From the sequence record NC_042056.1: a stretch of 64,000 bases of DNA; one strand, written 5' to 3'. Of the stretch, positions 9,718 to 18,370 are shown piece by piece (the first letter of the stretch is position 1; the number at the start of each line of letters is the position of its first letter). The notes below the pieces were generated by a model. That model ran no database searches. It was given only the letters and a program-made list of their open reading frames with translations, and was not told the DNA's origin. The translations under genes were made by a program, and so were the position numbers.

Positions 9718-11217
9718 ATGGCAGGTCCAGCAAAACAAGTCATGGGTGAGGTGATTCGCCCACGCTTTAACGTCTACACCATTATGGATCATGCGCTTGG
9801 TACGTATGTGAAAGGTGAAGACGGCCTCTACTACCTGAACGGTGGTTTTGCCCACATCATGGGCTTTGCGGGTCGCGGTAACACCTTTAAGTCGACGCTG
9901 ATGGATTTCTGCATCTTCCAGATGCTTATCCGTTATCGTGCTGCGTGGGGGTCGAAGTTCGATACCGAAGTCTCAGCAGCACTCGACCGTCTGGAGCAGG
10001 GCTATATCTCTGCACAGAACGCCAACGGTATCCACGATGGGTCTTCTGTACTGAGCCTCATTGAAGAAGAACGTTATAACCTCGTGGGTTCTGACGTCAT
10101 GCCGGGCGAAGAGTATTACGCCAACTACATCCGTGATGAAGTGGAAGGCCGCTTTAAAGCGTACATGGGCGGCAAGGGTGTGCGTGAAACGCCGTTCCCT
10201 GATCCGGTACGCAAACGCAATAAGACCATGAACGACCCATGGTATTACTCCATCGACTCCCTGTCTGAGTGGCACTCGTCTAAAATTGAAGACAAGCACT
10301 CTGAAACCAAAGTCGGTGATTCAGAGCAGAACGCCCTGAACATGCGTGACTCACTGGAGAAATCCAACATGATGTCACGTTGGCCGTCAGCGCTGGCTCG
10401 TGGTGGCTTCTTCTTAGCCTTCGTTGCGCAGCTGGCTGATGACTCCGGTAAAGCAATGTCGCAGGGCGGCAAAGGCGCGAAGCCTGCTAACGCCAAACTG
10501 CTGGATGATGCGGGCGATGATCTGAAATTCGCGGGCATCCCACGTCGTCAAATTTCCTTCCTGACCAACTCCCTGCTGGTTGCGACCAAGTCGGGTGAGC
10601 TGAAACATGAAGGTAGCTACGACGCGAAGACCGGCGTCAACGAAGAGTTGTACCCGACCAAACGTTCGAAGGCGATGAACGCCTCGGTGAACGACCTGAA
10701 AGAAATCGTCTTCACACAGTATCGTGCGAAGGGCGGCCATACCGGTGTGAAATTCCGTATGGTGTTCTCTCAGGAGATGGGTCTGCTGTATCACCTCTCA
10801 CTGTGGCATTACCTCGATAAGGTACTGAAAACCGAATACGGTTACACCAGTGCTGGTTCAGGTGGCGCTATCAAAGAGCTGGCGATTCTGCCGGGTCTCA
10901 AGTTCGGCCGTACGACGATTCGTGACCTCTGCGATGAGAACGTGCGTCTGCGTCGTGCACTGGAAATTACCGCTGCGCTGGCGTACATGCAGAACAACTA
11001 CCACCGTCTGGAAATGAAGTATCACATCTCTCCTCAGGAATTGTATGAGAAGATCAACGAAAAGTGGGACTGGGACGAGATTCTGGATAACACCGTTGAG
11101 TATTGGATGTTCAAAGACCAGGAAGTCAAAGGTGGTAAACGCACACTGACAGCAATGAGTCTGCTGGCAATGGCGGTGGATGGTCTGGAACCGAAGTTCT
11201 TAACCAAGAAAAAGTAA
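9718..11217 (+). CDS. uvsX: RecA/UvsX-like recombinase
   Basis: Walker A-like GFAGRGNTFKST, Walker B-like YSIDSLS; ~500 aa, size and position typical of the phiKZ-like RecA homolog. Confidence 0.8.
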   Translation: MAGPAKQVMGEVIRPRFNVYTIMDHALGTYVKGEDGLYYLNGGFAHIMGFAGRGNTFKSTLMDFCIFQMLIRYRAAWGSKFDTEVSAALDRLEQGYISAQNANGIHDGSSVLSLIEEERYNLVGSDVMPGEEYYANYIRDEVEGRFKAYMGGKGVRETPFPDPVRKRNKTMNDPWYYSIDSLSEWHSSKIEDKHSETKVGDSEQNALNMRDSLEKSNMMSRWPSALARGGFFLAFVAQLADDSGKAMSQGGKGAKPANAKLLDDAGDDLKFAGIPRRQISFLTNSLLVATKSGELKHEGSYDAKTGVNEELYPTKRSKAMNASVNDLKEIVFTQYRAKGGHTGVKFRMVFSQEMGLLYHLSLWHYLDKVLKTEYGYTSAGSGGAIKELAILPGLKFGRTTIRDLCDENVRLRRALEITAALAYMQNNYHRLEMKYHISPQELYEKINEKWDWDEILDNTVEYWMFKDQEVKGGKRTLTAMSLLAMAVDGLEPKFLTKKK

Positions 11218-11223
11218 TCTGTT

Positions 11224-11243
11224 GTGGCGGGGCAACCCGCCAC
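11224..11243 (+). other. Intercistronic GNRA hairpin without U-tract
   Basis: GTGGCGGG-GCAA-CCCGCCAC immediately before the next RBS. Confidence 0.6.
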
Positions 11244-11257
11244 TTGAGGAGCAACCC

Positions 11258-11539
11258 ATGCGTTATCAAAATGATATTGTCGAGCGGTTGCGTCAAGGTA
11301 TTGCAGCAGTAAATCGTGAGGTGAGTGATCAGCTGGTTGTTGAGCTGAGTAAACCCCACCACAACCTCTCCGATTTTGCACAGTGTACGAATCAATTCTA
11401 CACCAAGCTGCTCGGTACAAACGGCGCTAACCAAAACACGTTCAGTATTCCTGAGAATACGGATGCTATCCCTTTCTGGATTGAAGATCTGGAATCCGCA
11501 GTCTTGCCTGTCCTGCGTGTCGCGGGGGCAATGCAATGA
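11258..11539 (+). CDS. Hypothetical protein
   Basis: GAGGAG RBS supports ATG11258; 93 aa. Confidence 0.72.
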   Translation: MRYQNDIVERLRQGIAAVNREVSDQLVVELSKPHHNLSDFAQCTNQFYTKLLGTNGANQNTFSIPENTDAIPFWIEDLESAVLPVLRVAGAMQ

Positions 11540-12204
11540 AATTAGATCCTGCGCGCCGCAAGAAAGCCGAAGCGTTTATCTATCAGCTGTTAACACTCAT
11601 CGACCCGTCAGGGATTAACACCGAAGCCGCGAAAGCGTCCCTACCGGGGTTAAGCGACGAAGACTTTAACAAGCTACGCCACGGCATTCCGATTTATAAC
11701 CCGGCGGGCAGTAAGGTGCAAATCGACCACATGCGCAACGTAGAAATCTGTCGTGCGTTGGGGTTAGAGTTGTGCCAGCGTCTGTACTTTACGGAACCGA
11801 AGACGGGCTTAGTGCACCGAACTCGTTGGCCGCATATTGTCGTACCCTTACCGGTGCGCCGACAGACGCAGATGCGAGAAAAGAAAATTGCTGTTGCGAA
11901 GAACGACCGTGTTCGCGACAAACTCTCTGGCCAAGTGGTCGGCCCATCCAAAGCGTCTGGGGTATCCTTCCCTGAGTCGTACATTATGTTCTCGGATGGT
12001 CTGGACAATAGCTTGGAAGAGTTCTTGCATGCGCGTGGAGGGAATGAAGCACTACAACGTGCGTTCTACCAATCCATCCGACAAACTGGCCAAGGCCGTA
12101 TCAAGATACCCGGTGCCGAACGCACCTCCAGTAAAGCCACTCGTACGTGGAGTGCCTATTACAAAGCCATGGGTATCGGTAACAACATAGGTTCCCCGCA
12201 ATGA
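11536..12204 (+). CDS. Virion RNA polymerase beta subunit, C-terminal fragment (phiKZ gp149-like)
   Basis: LSGQVVGPSKASGVSFPESYIMFSDGLDNSLEEFLHARGGN aligns by eye with RpoB [44 protein letters not shown]. Confidence 0.78.
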   Translation: MKLDPARRKKAEAFIYQLLTLIDPSGINTEAAKASLPGLSDEDFNKLRHGIPIYNPAGSKVQIDHMRNVEICRALGLELCQRLYFTEPKTGLVHRTRWPHIVVPLPVRRQTQMREKKIAVAKNDRVRDKLSGQVVGPSKASGVSFPESYIMFSDGLDNSLEEFLHARGGNEALQRAFYQSIRQTGQGRIKIPGAERTSSKATRTWSAYYKAMGIGNNIGSPQ

Positions 12205-12929
12205 GAACAGGACGTCGCTATCTGGTAGATATAGATACACTTTTCGACACCCGCTTAGGTTGGGCGAAGGTCATTGCACCCGAGGCGTTAGAGAAGCTCG
12301 AGTTAGATGCTTTTCGTAAACGTCACACCGATATCTGGGCAGAAGCGATTGGTATCCAAAACTGGTCCGAACAACTCAAACAACGTGACAAGCGCGCGTT
12401 GTTCCTGTCAGACCCGACAGAGTTTCTGTTAGGTTTGAAGAATCAGGTGCTCGTTGACTTGACCACATTAGTAATGTCGTCGCCTATTGACCGACCGACT
12501 GTTACGATTAACATGTGGCCTTACACCGACCTCACGGCTGAACAATCGGATGCGTTCTTGCAGAACTTCCGTCAGCTGTACAACGAGGTTAAGGTGGACA
12601 TGGTCTATATCGATCACAAAGATCTTTCACCTGGACGTCTCGACAGCATGTGGGACATCTGGTACATGTTCGACTGGTTTAATTGGGTCACTGTCCACGC
12701 GGGAAATTTTGCGAAAAAAATACCCCAGTTTAAAATCCACCCGCCAGCGTTGCTGACGGACGGACTTACGACTGAGGCGATTGAAGCGATAGAGCGCGAC
12801 GGGGTCAATCCGTTCAGTGCCTTGACACGGTTCATGGAAGAACTGGTCACTATCGATCCGGTGGATGCCCGGCTGTATTCTATTCTTCGTCCCCTGAATT
12901 CCCCGGACGAGCAAACGCCACAGCCATAA
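12201..12929 (+). CDS. Hypothetical protein with N-terminal HAD-like DxD motif
   Basis: YLVDIDTLFDTR at the N-terminus; ATGA overlap. Confidence 0.65.
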   Translation: MRTGRRYLVDIDTLFDTRLGWAKVIAPEALEKLELDAFRKRHTDIWAEAIGIQNWSEQLKQRDKRALFLSDPTEFLLGLKNQVLVDLTTLVMSSPIDRPTVTINMWPYTDLTAEQSDAFLQNFRQLYNEVKVDMVYIDHKDLSPGRLDSMWDIWYMFDWFNWVTVHAGNFAKKIPQFKIHPPALLTDGLTTEAIEAIERDGVNPFSALTRFMEELVTIDPVDARLYSILRPLNSPDEQTPQP

Positions 12930-13344
12930 TGGCATTCACGTCAATCTTTTCGCCAACGGGTGCCAGCTCGCCTTCTTTGTGTTCCTGTTTGGGGACGTTA
13001 GGAAGCGCGGGTTGGTACCCGGTGTTTTCTTCGCTGTTATCGTCGTGACGTTGGATACGCACACCCGGACGACCAAGCACGACCGAGTTCAGTGCATTGG
13101 CCACGTCTTGTGCAGCTCCGGCTGTTTTCTGGGCAGCGTCGGCACGACGTTTACCGAGGATTTGTCTGTCGACACCCGACAGCATTTTCTCAAGGGAGTT
13201 GACGAGGTCTTTGTCCTTGTGGACACTCTCGTCTTCCATGATGAGGTTAGCCACGCGAATACGGGCTTGACGGGTTTGGCGGAGAAGCGACTCTTCGTCA
13301 TCAACATCTCCGTCGAAGGCTTGGTACTTCACTTCTTCGCTCAT
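12880..13344 (-). CDS. Hypothetical protein
   Basis: 154 aa, GAGGA RBS; 3' end overlaps the convergent gene by 50 nt. Confidence 0.75.
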   Translation of the reverse strand: MSEEVKYQAFDGDVDDEESLLRQTRQARIRVANLIMEDESVHKDKDLVNSLEKMLSGVDRQILGKRRADAAQKTAGAAQDVANALNSVVLGRPGVRIQRHDDNSEENTGYQPALPNVPKQEHKEGELAPVGEKIDVNAIMAVAFARPGNSGDEE

Positions 13345-13372
13345 GGGTATTCCTCTTTTTAAAAAAGAACTC

Positions 13373-13394
13373 AGACAGATATTATCTTGATGAG
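13373..13394 (+). promoter_or_regulatory. Candidate early promoter, copy 2
   Basis: AGACAGATATTATCTTGATGAG. Confidence 0.65.
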
Positions 13395-13418
13395 ATTATC
13401 TCAACTAAGGATCAACTT

Positions 13419-13952
13419 ATGTTGTTCGAATGGCTCACGTTTCCTTTAAAGCGATACGCCCATAAGCGGCGTAGAAGCTATTTAGAGGCCGAGTTCCATA
13501 AGAATACCCAGAATACTTATCAGAGGGTCCTAATAGGCTTAGCGTTGCTTACAGAACCTCTGGAGTATAACGGTAATACTTACCGTAGTATTGACCTGAT
13601 GGGTAATCTGGAACTCCGGTGTAAAAGCTTCGATATTGTTCATCAGCGGTTTGCCTTTCTGCTGCGTGAATACGATCGGGTGCTAAACACCACTGGACGC
13701 AATCCAGACTGGAGTCCCTATCCTGCGGTGATTGACACCCAACAGGATAAACCGATGTTGCGTTGGTTCGATGAGTATTTCGGAACAAGCAGCACGGATG
13801 TCGTACGGCAGAAGTTACGTCGAACGTACGAATTGTTAGAGACTTATCGAGACGTATACAGCAGTAAAACCAATCCAGAACAAGATGTGCTGTTTAACCT
13901 GACGCGCCATCTCGTTCGTGAGTTAGAGACCATAGTGGAACACTACCTCTAA
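13419..13952 (+). CDS. Hypothetical protein
   Basis: 177 aa, AAGGA RBS. Confidence 0.78.
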   Translation: MLFEWLTFPLKRYAHKRRRSYLEAEFHKNTQNTYQRVLIGLALLTEPLEYNGNTYRSIDLMGNLELRCKSFDIVHQRFAFLLREYDRVLNTTGRNPDWSPYPAVIDTQQDKPMLRWFDEYFGTSSTDVVRQKLRRTYELLETYRDVYSSKTNPEQDVLFNLTRHLVRELETIVEHYL

Positions 13953-13983
13953 TCCGTTCATCTCCTTGGAACAAGGGCGAACT

Positions 13984-14826
13984 ATGAGTAAGAAAAATAG
14001 CAAGTTGAAAAAGTTGCTGGCAGAAGGCGTCCCAGACGATACCCCCATTGGGATATACCTTCGTACAGCATACTGGAATCTCGTGAAACACGAAATGCGT
14101 TTAGCTCCGGTGGACTGGATGGTGTTGTTGAAAGCGTACGTGGCGGATGAACGCTTCGTGGGTCGTTCAACAGCAGAGCCAAAGGAGCGTGAAAGTCGGC
14201 TGATTAACGCCTTAACCGGTGGCTCGGTAAGGGGTGTCAGTGTGGACTTCACTTGGGTGCGGTTCATTGAAAGTTTGGTGATGTTGCGCATCGAAACGTT
14301 AACGTTAACTGCGAAAGCAACCCGTGGTAAGTTTGGGGCAGCGAAGATCGTGCACGCTTCCTGTAATCCCAAACAAGAACTGCTGCGGATTGTGGACGGG
14401 GAAATGGACGAAGACCTGAAAGGGTCGGCGAGTCAAACGTTAAACGCGTTCTTCAAAGACCGGCAGCGTACAGCGTCGCAGGTCATGGAGCACATCTTAC
14501 TCAAAGTCTTATGGAGCTTCTTTGTTGAATACAACATCGACTCTGAGATGTGGCGCAAACTGTCAACGGCTTATGTTAATAACCCGAAGAACTGTCCGGC
14601 GCTGTCTAACCGGCGCAACGACAAACGACACAATCTGCAATCGGCTATTCGTTACACGAAGAAGATTTCTTGGAAGAAGTTCCTTGAAGCGCTGAAAGCG
14701 ATTGATGTTCGTGAGTTTCGTTGTGCGTTCTTGTGTACCAACGACAAGAACCAGTCCTTCGAGACAGAAATCGTCGTTGACCTAACCCAACTCGTTTTCT
14801 GGAGTAACCGCAATGAGTCTGAATAA
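13984..14826 (+). CDS. Hypothetical protein with an internal two-domain duplication
   Basis: Repeated W..L..AYV.[DN] and L..A[LI]....[FI][TS]W..F[IL]E[SA]L blocks. Confidence 0.75.
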   Translation: MSKKNSKLKKLLAEGVPDDTPIGIYLRTAYWNLVKHEMRLAPVDWMVLLKAYVADERFVGRSTAEPKERESRLINALTGGSVRGVSVDFTWVRFIESLVMLRIETLTLTAKATRGKFGAAKIVHASCNPKQELLRIVDGEMDEDLKGSASQTLNAFFKDRQRTASQVMEHILLKVLWSFFVEYNIDSEMWRKLSTAYVNNPKNCPALSNRRNDKRHNLQSAIRYTKKISWKKFLEALKAIDVREFRCAFLCTNDKNQSFETEIVVDLTQLVFWSNRNESE

Positions 14827-16141
14827 ACTGGGCGGGTTTTCTAACTCGCTTGAAAGCAAAGCGAGCGGTGCGATCGACCGGGTCAACAATGTCCAAAACG
14901 CGGCGGTGAATACTGTCAATAATGTACAGAACGGGGTGAACAACGCCGTTAACACTGTACAGAACACCGTAGACAGTGCAGAGCGGGGGATTCAATCCGC
15001 TCAGAACCTCTACAACGACAGTGTGGAAAAAGCCGGGAAAGCCTACGACAGTCTGACCAGTGGGGCCAGCACTATCAAGGAGAAACTCGGCAACCTGTTT
15101 GGAGGTAGCGACTTAGCCACTTCTAACGCGGTCAAGGCACCGGGATCGGCAGCATCGGGGACATCGCCCGGTAGCCGTATCGCAGGCTTTTCAACCGATC
15201 CGAAAGAAACGCTTCCGAGCATCAACCCATTAAACCGTGAAGTGGCTGAACCTTTCAAGCCTAAGAACGAAGCCGCTAACGGGGTGCTCGATTACCTGAA
15301 ACCCGGTAAGGCAGGCAGTCTGCTGTCACAAGGGTTCAGTAAGCTTACCGCGTTACGTGACAGTGCGCTGAGTGCGGTTGGTACCGACTATGCTTCCGTC
15401 AAGAAGCGCATTGAGTCGACCATGCAAGTCGCCGGTCAGTTAGCCCGTCTGCCGGGTGAGGTGCAGCAAGAGATTAACTCGTACGTCTCTGCGGTCAACC
15501 AAACCCGTAACGAAATCACCGCGGTAATTGATGGGGCAACCCAAACCTTTAAGTCCTTCAAAGACTTCGATGATTATCTGGCAATCGACAGTTTCATTGA
15601 AAGCTTCAAGGGCAGTAACAGTCTGGCCAATTTTGATATTGGTACAACCTCTGGTCTCATCTACGGCTTATCCAGCAAACTGTCTGAGTACGGTCTGCCG
15701 GGGAAAACCGTGTCCATGGTCGATGCCATTACTGACCCGGTTGCCAAACGCGCCATGTACGGCGAGTTACTGGTGCAAGCGGCAAGTGTCGGGAACATTG
15801 ACACCGTGGAGTTCTACCTGACCAAACTCGAACCCGGCCAAGGGTTGGAGCTGGCGAATGATGTTATCCAGAAATTGTTCGGGAGCCTGCAAGTCGACAC
15901 TGGCGTAGGATTGAAATCTTACGGCACCCGCTTGCTGAGCATCTGTAATTCACTCGATCCGAAATGGGACAAGACGAAAGTCGCCCCAGTGCGTACCGAA
16001 TTGCTGAATTACACGTACTGCAATATCAATGCATTGCAGGCACTGTTAACGACTGACAAACGCAAGTATGTTTGCGCGGCAGGTAGCCGTCGCCTACAAC
16101 GTGCAGATGTGTTGGTCAACCAGTTCTTCCCGGCAGCCTGA
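14813..16141 (+). CDS. Probable virion protein with N-terminal Asn/Val/Gln amphipathic repeats
   Basis: 442 aa; VNNVQNAAVNTVNNVQNGVNNAVNTVQNTV repeat. The virion role is inferred from position. Confidence 0.65.
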   Translation: MSLNKLGGFSNSLESKASGAIDRVNNVQNAAVNTVNNVQNGVNNAVNTVQNTVDSAERGIQSAQNLYNDSVEKAGKAYDSLTSGASTIKEKLGNLFGGSDLATSNAVKAPGSAASGTSPGSRIAGFSTDPKETLPSINPLNREVAEPFKPKNEAANGVLDYLKPGKAGSLLSQGFSKLTALRDSALSAVGTDYASVKKRIESTMQVAGQLARLPGEVQQEINSYVSAVNQTRNEITAVIDGATQTFKSFKDFDDYLAIDSFIESFKGSNSLANFDIGTTSGLIYGLSSKLSEYGLPGKTVSMVDAITDPVAKRAMYGELLVQAASVGNIDTVEFYLTKLEPGQGLELANDVIQKLFGSLQVDTGVGLKSYGTRLLSICNSLDPKWDKTKVAPVRTELLNYTYCNINALQALLTTDKRKYVCAAGSRRLQRADVLVNQFFPAA

Positions 16142-16153
16142 AGGTAAAAGATT

Positions 16154-17188
16154 ATGACAAACGTTGAAATGAGAGAACTGCGTGACCTGATTGCTCTGGT
16201 ACGCGGTTCGGACTGGGAACCCGAAGTACGCGATCGCATTGCTGCCCGGTTAATACTGGCTCAACTTCAGGGGCCAAACTGGACACATGCGTTCAACAAA
16301 TCACTGCCACTCGAACAACGGGTGATAGGGTTTGATTCATCCGCAATGGATAGAACGTTAGCGAGCAGACTGGCGACATCGCTGGGCTTGTCGTTGGTCG
16401 AGCAAATCGGCCAGTTCGATCCACGCTGGTTTGATGGGGAACTTTCCTACCTGTCTGCGAACCCCCAGTTCCGTGAGAAGATTGTGCGTCGTTTACGCTC
16501 GGTCGGTTACCGGAGTCTGGCCACAGACAAGATTCCGTCTACGGACGGACTCAACCATTACAACATTTATTCGCAGTCTCGCAACCCGGTAGGTCAATTG
16601 GCAAGTAACTTTGCCTCCAGTCCTGATGGGTCGTACTTCGACACGCCACATGGCCCGTATCGTACGCTGGAAGGGTATTACCATGTCCTGCGCGTACTGG
16701 ATTACTTTCTGTACATTGATGCTGAGGAGAAGATTTCTGATTACCCCCTCTATCAGTTCAATGGCAATCCTATCGAACGTGATCTGTTCATCCTCGAATG
16801 CTTCAGCATGAAGTTTCCTGAGATTGACAGAATGCGGGAGGTTGATGGGGCAGAAGGGATACGGACAGGGCGGGTGTTGAAGAAGGCTGTTTACGGTGGG
16901 TCACGTTACCGTCCGGGTGCATTCTCTGAGCACGTCGAGCGCTGTTTTATGAAGGCGGTCGTGCACAAGTTGCATAAACTTAAACTGGATGGCGTGTGTC
17001 TTGGGAATATCATGGCGGAGATTCATCAGCAGGGTATTCCGTTTGAGCACTACTACGTGATGAACGGGAAGATTCACATTCCAAACCATGCGGACTGGTT
17101 ACCCGGTCTGTATACGCGGATTGTGGAAAACATCGACCCGTATGCCGTGGACTTCGACCCAGAGGACGTCATCAAACAACTGGGGTAA
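16154..17188 (+). CDS. NADAR-superfamily (YbiA/T4 gp30.3-like) domain protein
   Basis: HYNIYS..NPVGQLASNFA...PHGPYRTLEGYY and C-terminal PFEHYYV resemble the phage NADAR LSNFA…F..LEGF pattern. Confidence 0.6.
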   Translation: MTNVEMRELRDLIALVRGSDWEPEVRDRIAARLILAQLQGPNWTHAFNKSLPLEQRVIGFDSSAMDRTLASRLATSLGLSLVEQIGQFDPRWFDGELSYLSANPQFREKIVRRLRSVGYRSLATDKIPSTDGLNHYNIYSQSRNPVGQLASNFASSPDGSYFDTPHGPYRTLEGYYHVLRVLDYFLYIDAEEKISDYPLYQFNGNPIERDLFILECFSMKFPEIDRMREVDGAEGIRTGRVLKKAVYGGSRYRPGAFSEHVERCFMKAVVHKLHKLKLDGVCLGNIMAEIHQQGIPFEHYYVMNGKIHIPNHADWLPGLYTRIVENIDPYAVDFDPEDVIKQLG

Positions 17189-17194
17189 ATCGAT

Positions 17195-17854
17195 ATGTCA
17201 TTTCTTGACACCATTGATGAACTGGAACGGGGTGAAGAAGAAGGTGTCATGAAAGTGGCACGGGAATCTATCTCGACCGAAACTGAGAAAGAGTATTGTC
17301 TTTGGGTGAAGCCCACTGCGGAAGGCTGGGAGTGGCTACGTGAGCAACAGGCGTCGATGTACGTTGACACCCTGATGCCCATTAACCGTGGCAAGCGCCG
17401 TGTGCGGTTAACCGAAGACCATAAAGCTGTGCTGACCGTGAAGCGTTTTGCTGACGAAGGGTGTATCGAAGAGAACTCCGATATCGGGTTTGATACGGCA
17501 CTTACCTTCTATCAGGACGACTTCGTGTCGCATTTGGTTAAACGCATCCATTTACCCGCGGGTGAGTTAGAAGCCAAAGGCGGTAAGCATTGGGACATTG
17601 ATGTGTTCTACCGTGCCGGTGGTCATCCACAACTGCTGAATGCAGACGACTACGACGCACTGCTCAACACCATGAAGCAGGGCAGCTCGTACGGCGAGTG
17701 GGTGAAGGTGGAATTGGAAGTAGAGCGGTTTGAAATGGAATCGATTCGCGAACACATTCCGTTTGCGGTTGAAGACGTCATTCCGTCGCGCCCAACCAAG
17801 CCCGAAGACCAGGAGTTCATTCGCAACTACTGGGACGTGGACACACGGCTGTAA
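17195..17854 (+). CDS. CYTH/triphosphate-tunnel-like protein with putative propeptide
   Basis: ETEKEY (ExExK-like), RVRLT..LTVK, IEE, VKR, WDIDVF, KVELEVE. Confidence 0.65.
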   Translation: MSFLDTIDELERGEEEGVMKVARESISTETEKEYCLWVKPTAEGWEWLREQQASMYVDTLMPINRGKRRVRLTEDHKAVLTVKRFADEGCIEENSDIGFDTALTFYQDDFVSHLVKRIHLPAGELEAKGGKHWDIDVFYRAGGHPQLLNADDYDALLNTMKQGSSYGEWVKVELEVERFEMESIREHIPFAVEDVIPSRPTKPEDQEFIRNYWDVDTRL

Positions 17855-17860
17855 CAGATG

Positions 17861-17890
17861 ACCACTCCTTCGGGAGTGGTTTTCTTTTTT
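17861..17890 (+). terminator. Intrinsic terminator
   Basis: ACCACTCC-TTCG-GGAGTGGT followed by a T-tract. Confidence 0.88.
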
Positions 17891-17941
17891 CTTTTTACAC
17901 CATGTTGGCTAACTATGTAGAAATCCTAGGGAATAACTAAA

Positions 17942-18370
17942 ATGAATACACTGTCTTTCGAAGCGGGTAAAGGGTTAAGCGTTAACGGACATCTGGTACC
18001 GGACACCAACAACCACCATTTTGAAAAGCTCTACCGTCGTATCGGGGTAGGGCGTAAGGTCAACCTGAAAATCACCAACGAGATTGCCCTCAATGGCAAC
18101 GTGGCGGCTTTAGGTCCGATGTATGGCTTCCGTCCAAGCCAAGATGCAGCAGCTGCCCTGTTGCAGCACGGTGAGTTTAGCAGCGGTGTGTACGCGTTCC
18201 GTTTACTCGGTTCGCTGCGTCGGGTGTCGAACAAACACGTTGGTCAGGGCATGACACCGACCGTCTTACAGAGCGGTGAGATTATTGTCCTCGTACATTC
18301 CAATCACGAATATAAGTCGGGTTTGGATTTCATGATTAGCTATTCCGAAGTGGAGAGTGCAGATGTCTGA
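17942..18370 (+). CDS. Hypothetical protein
   Basis: 142 aa, AGGGA RBS. Confidence 0.72.
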   Translation: MNTLSFEAGKGLSVNGHLVPDTNNHHFEKLYRRIGVGRKVNLKITNEIALNGNVAALGPMYGFRPSQDAAAALLQHGEFSSGVYAFRLLGSLRRVSNKHVGQGMTPTVLQSGEIIVLVHSNHEYKSGLDFMISYSEVESADV

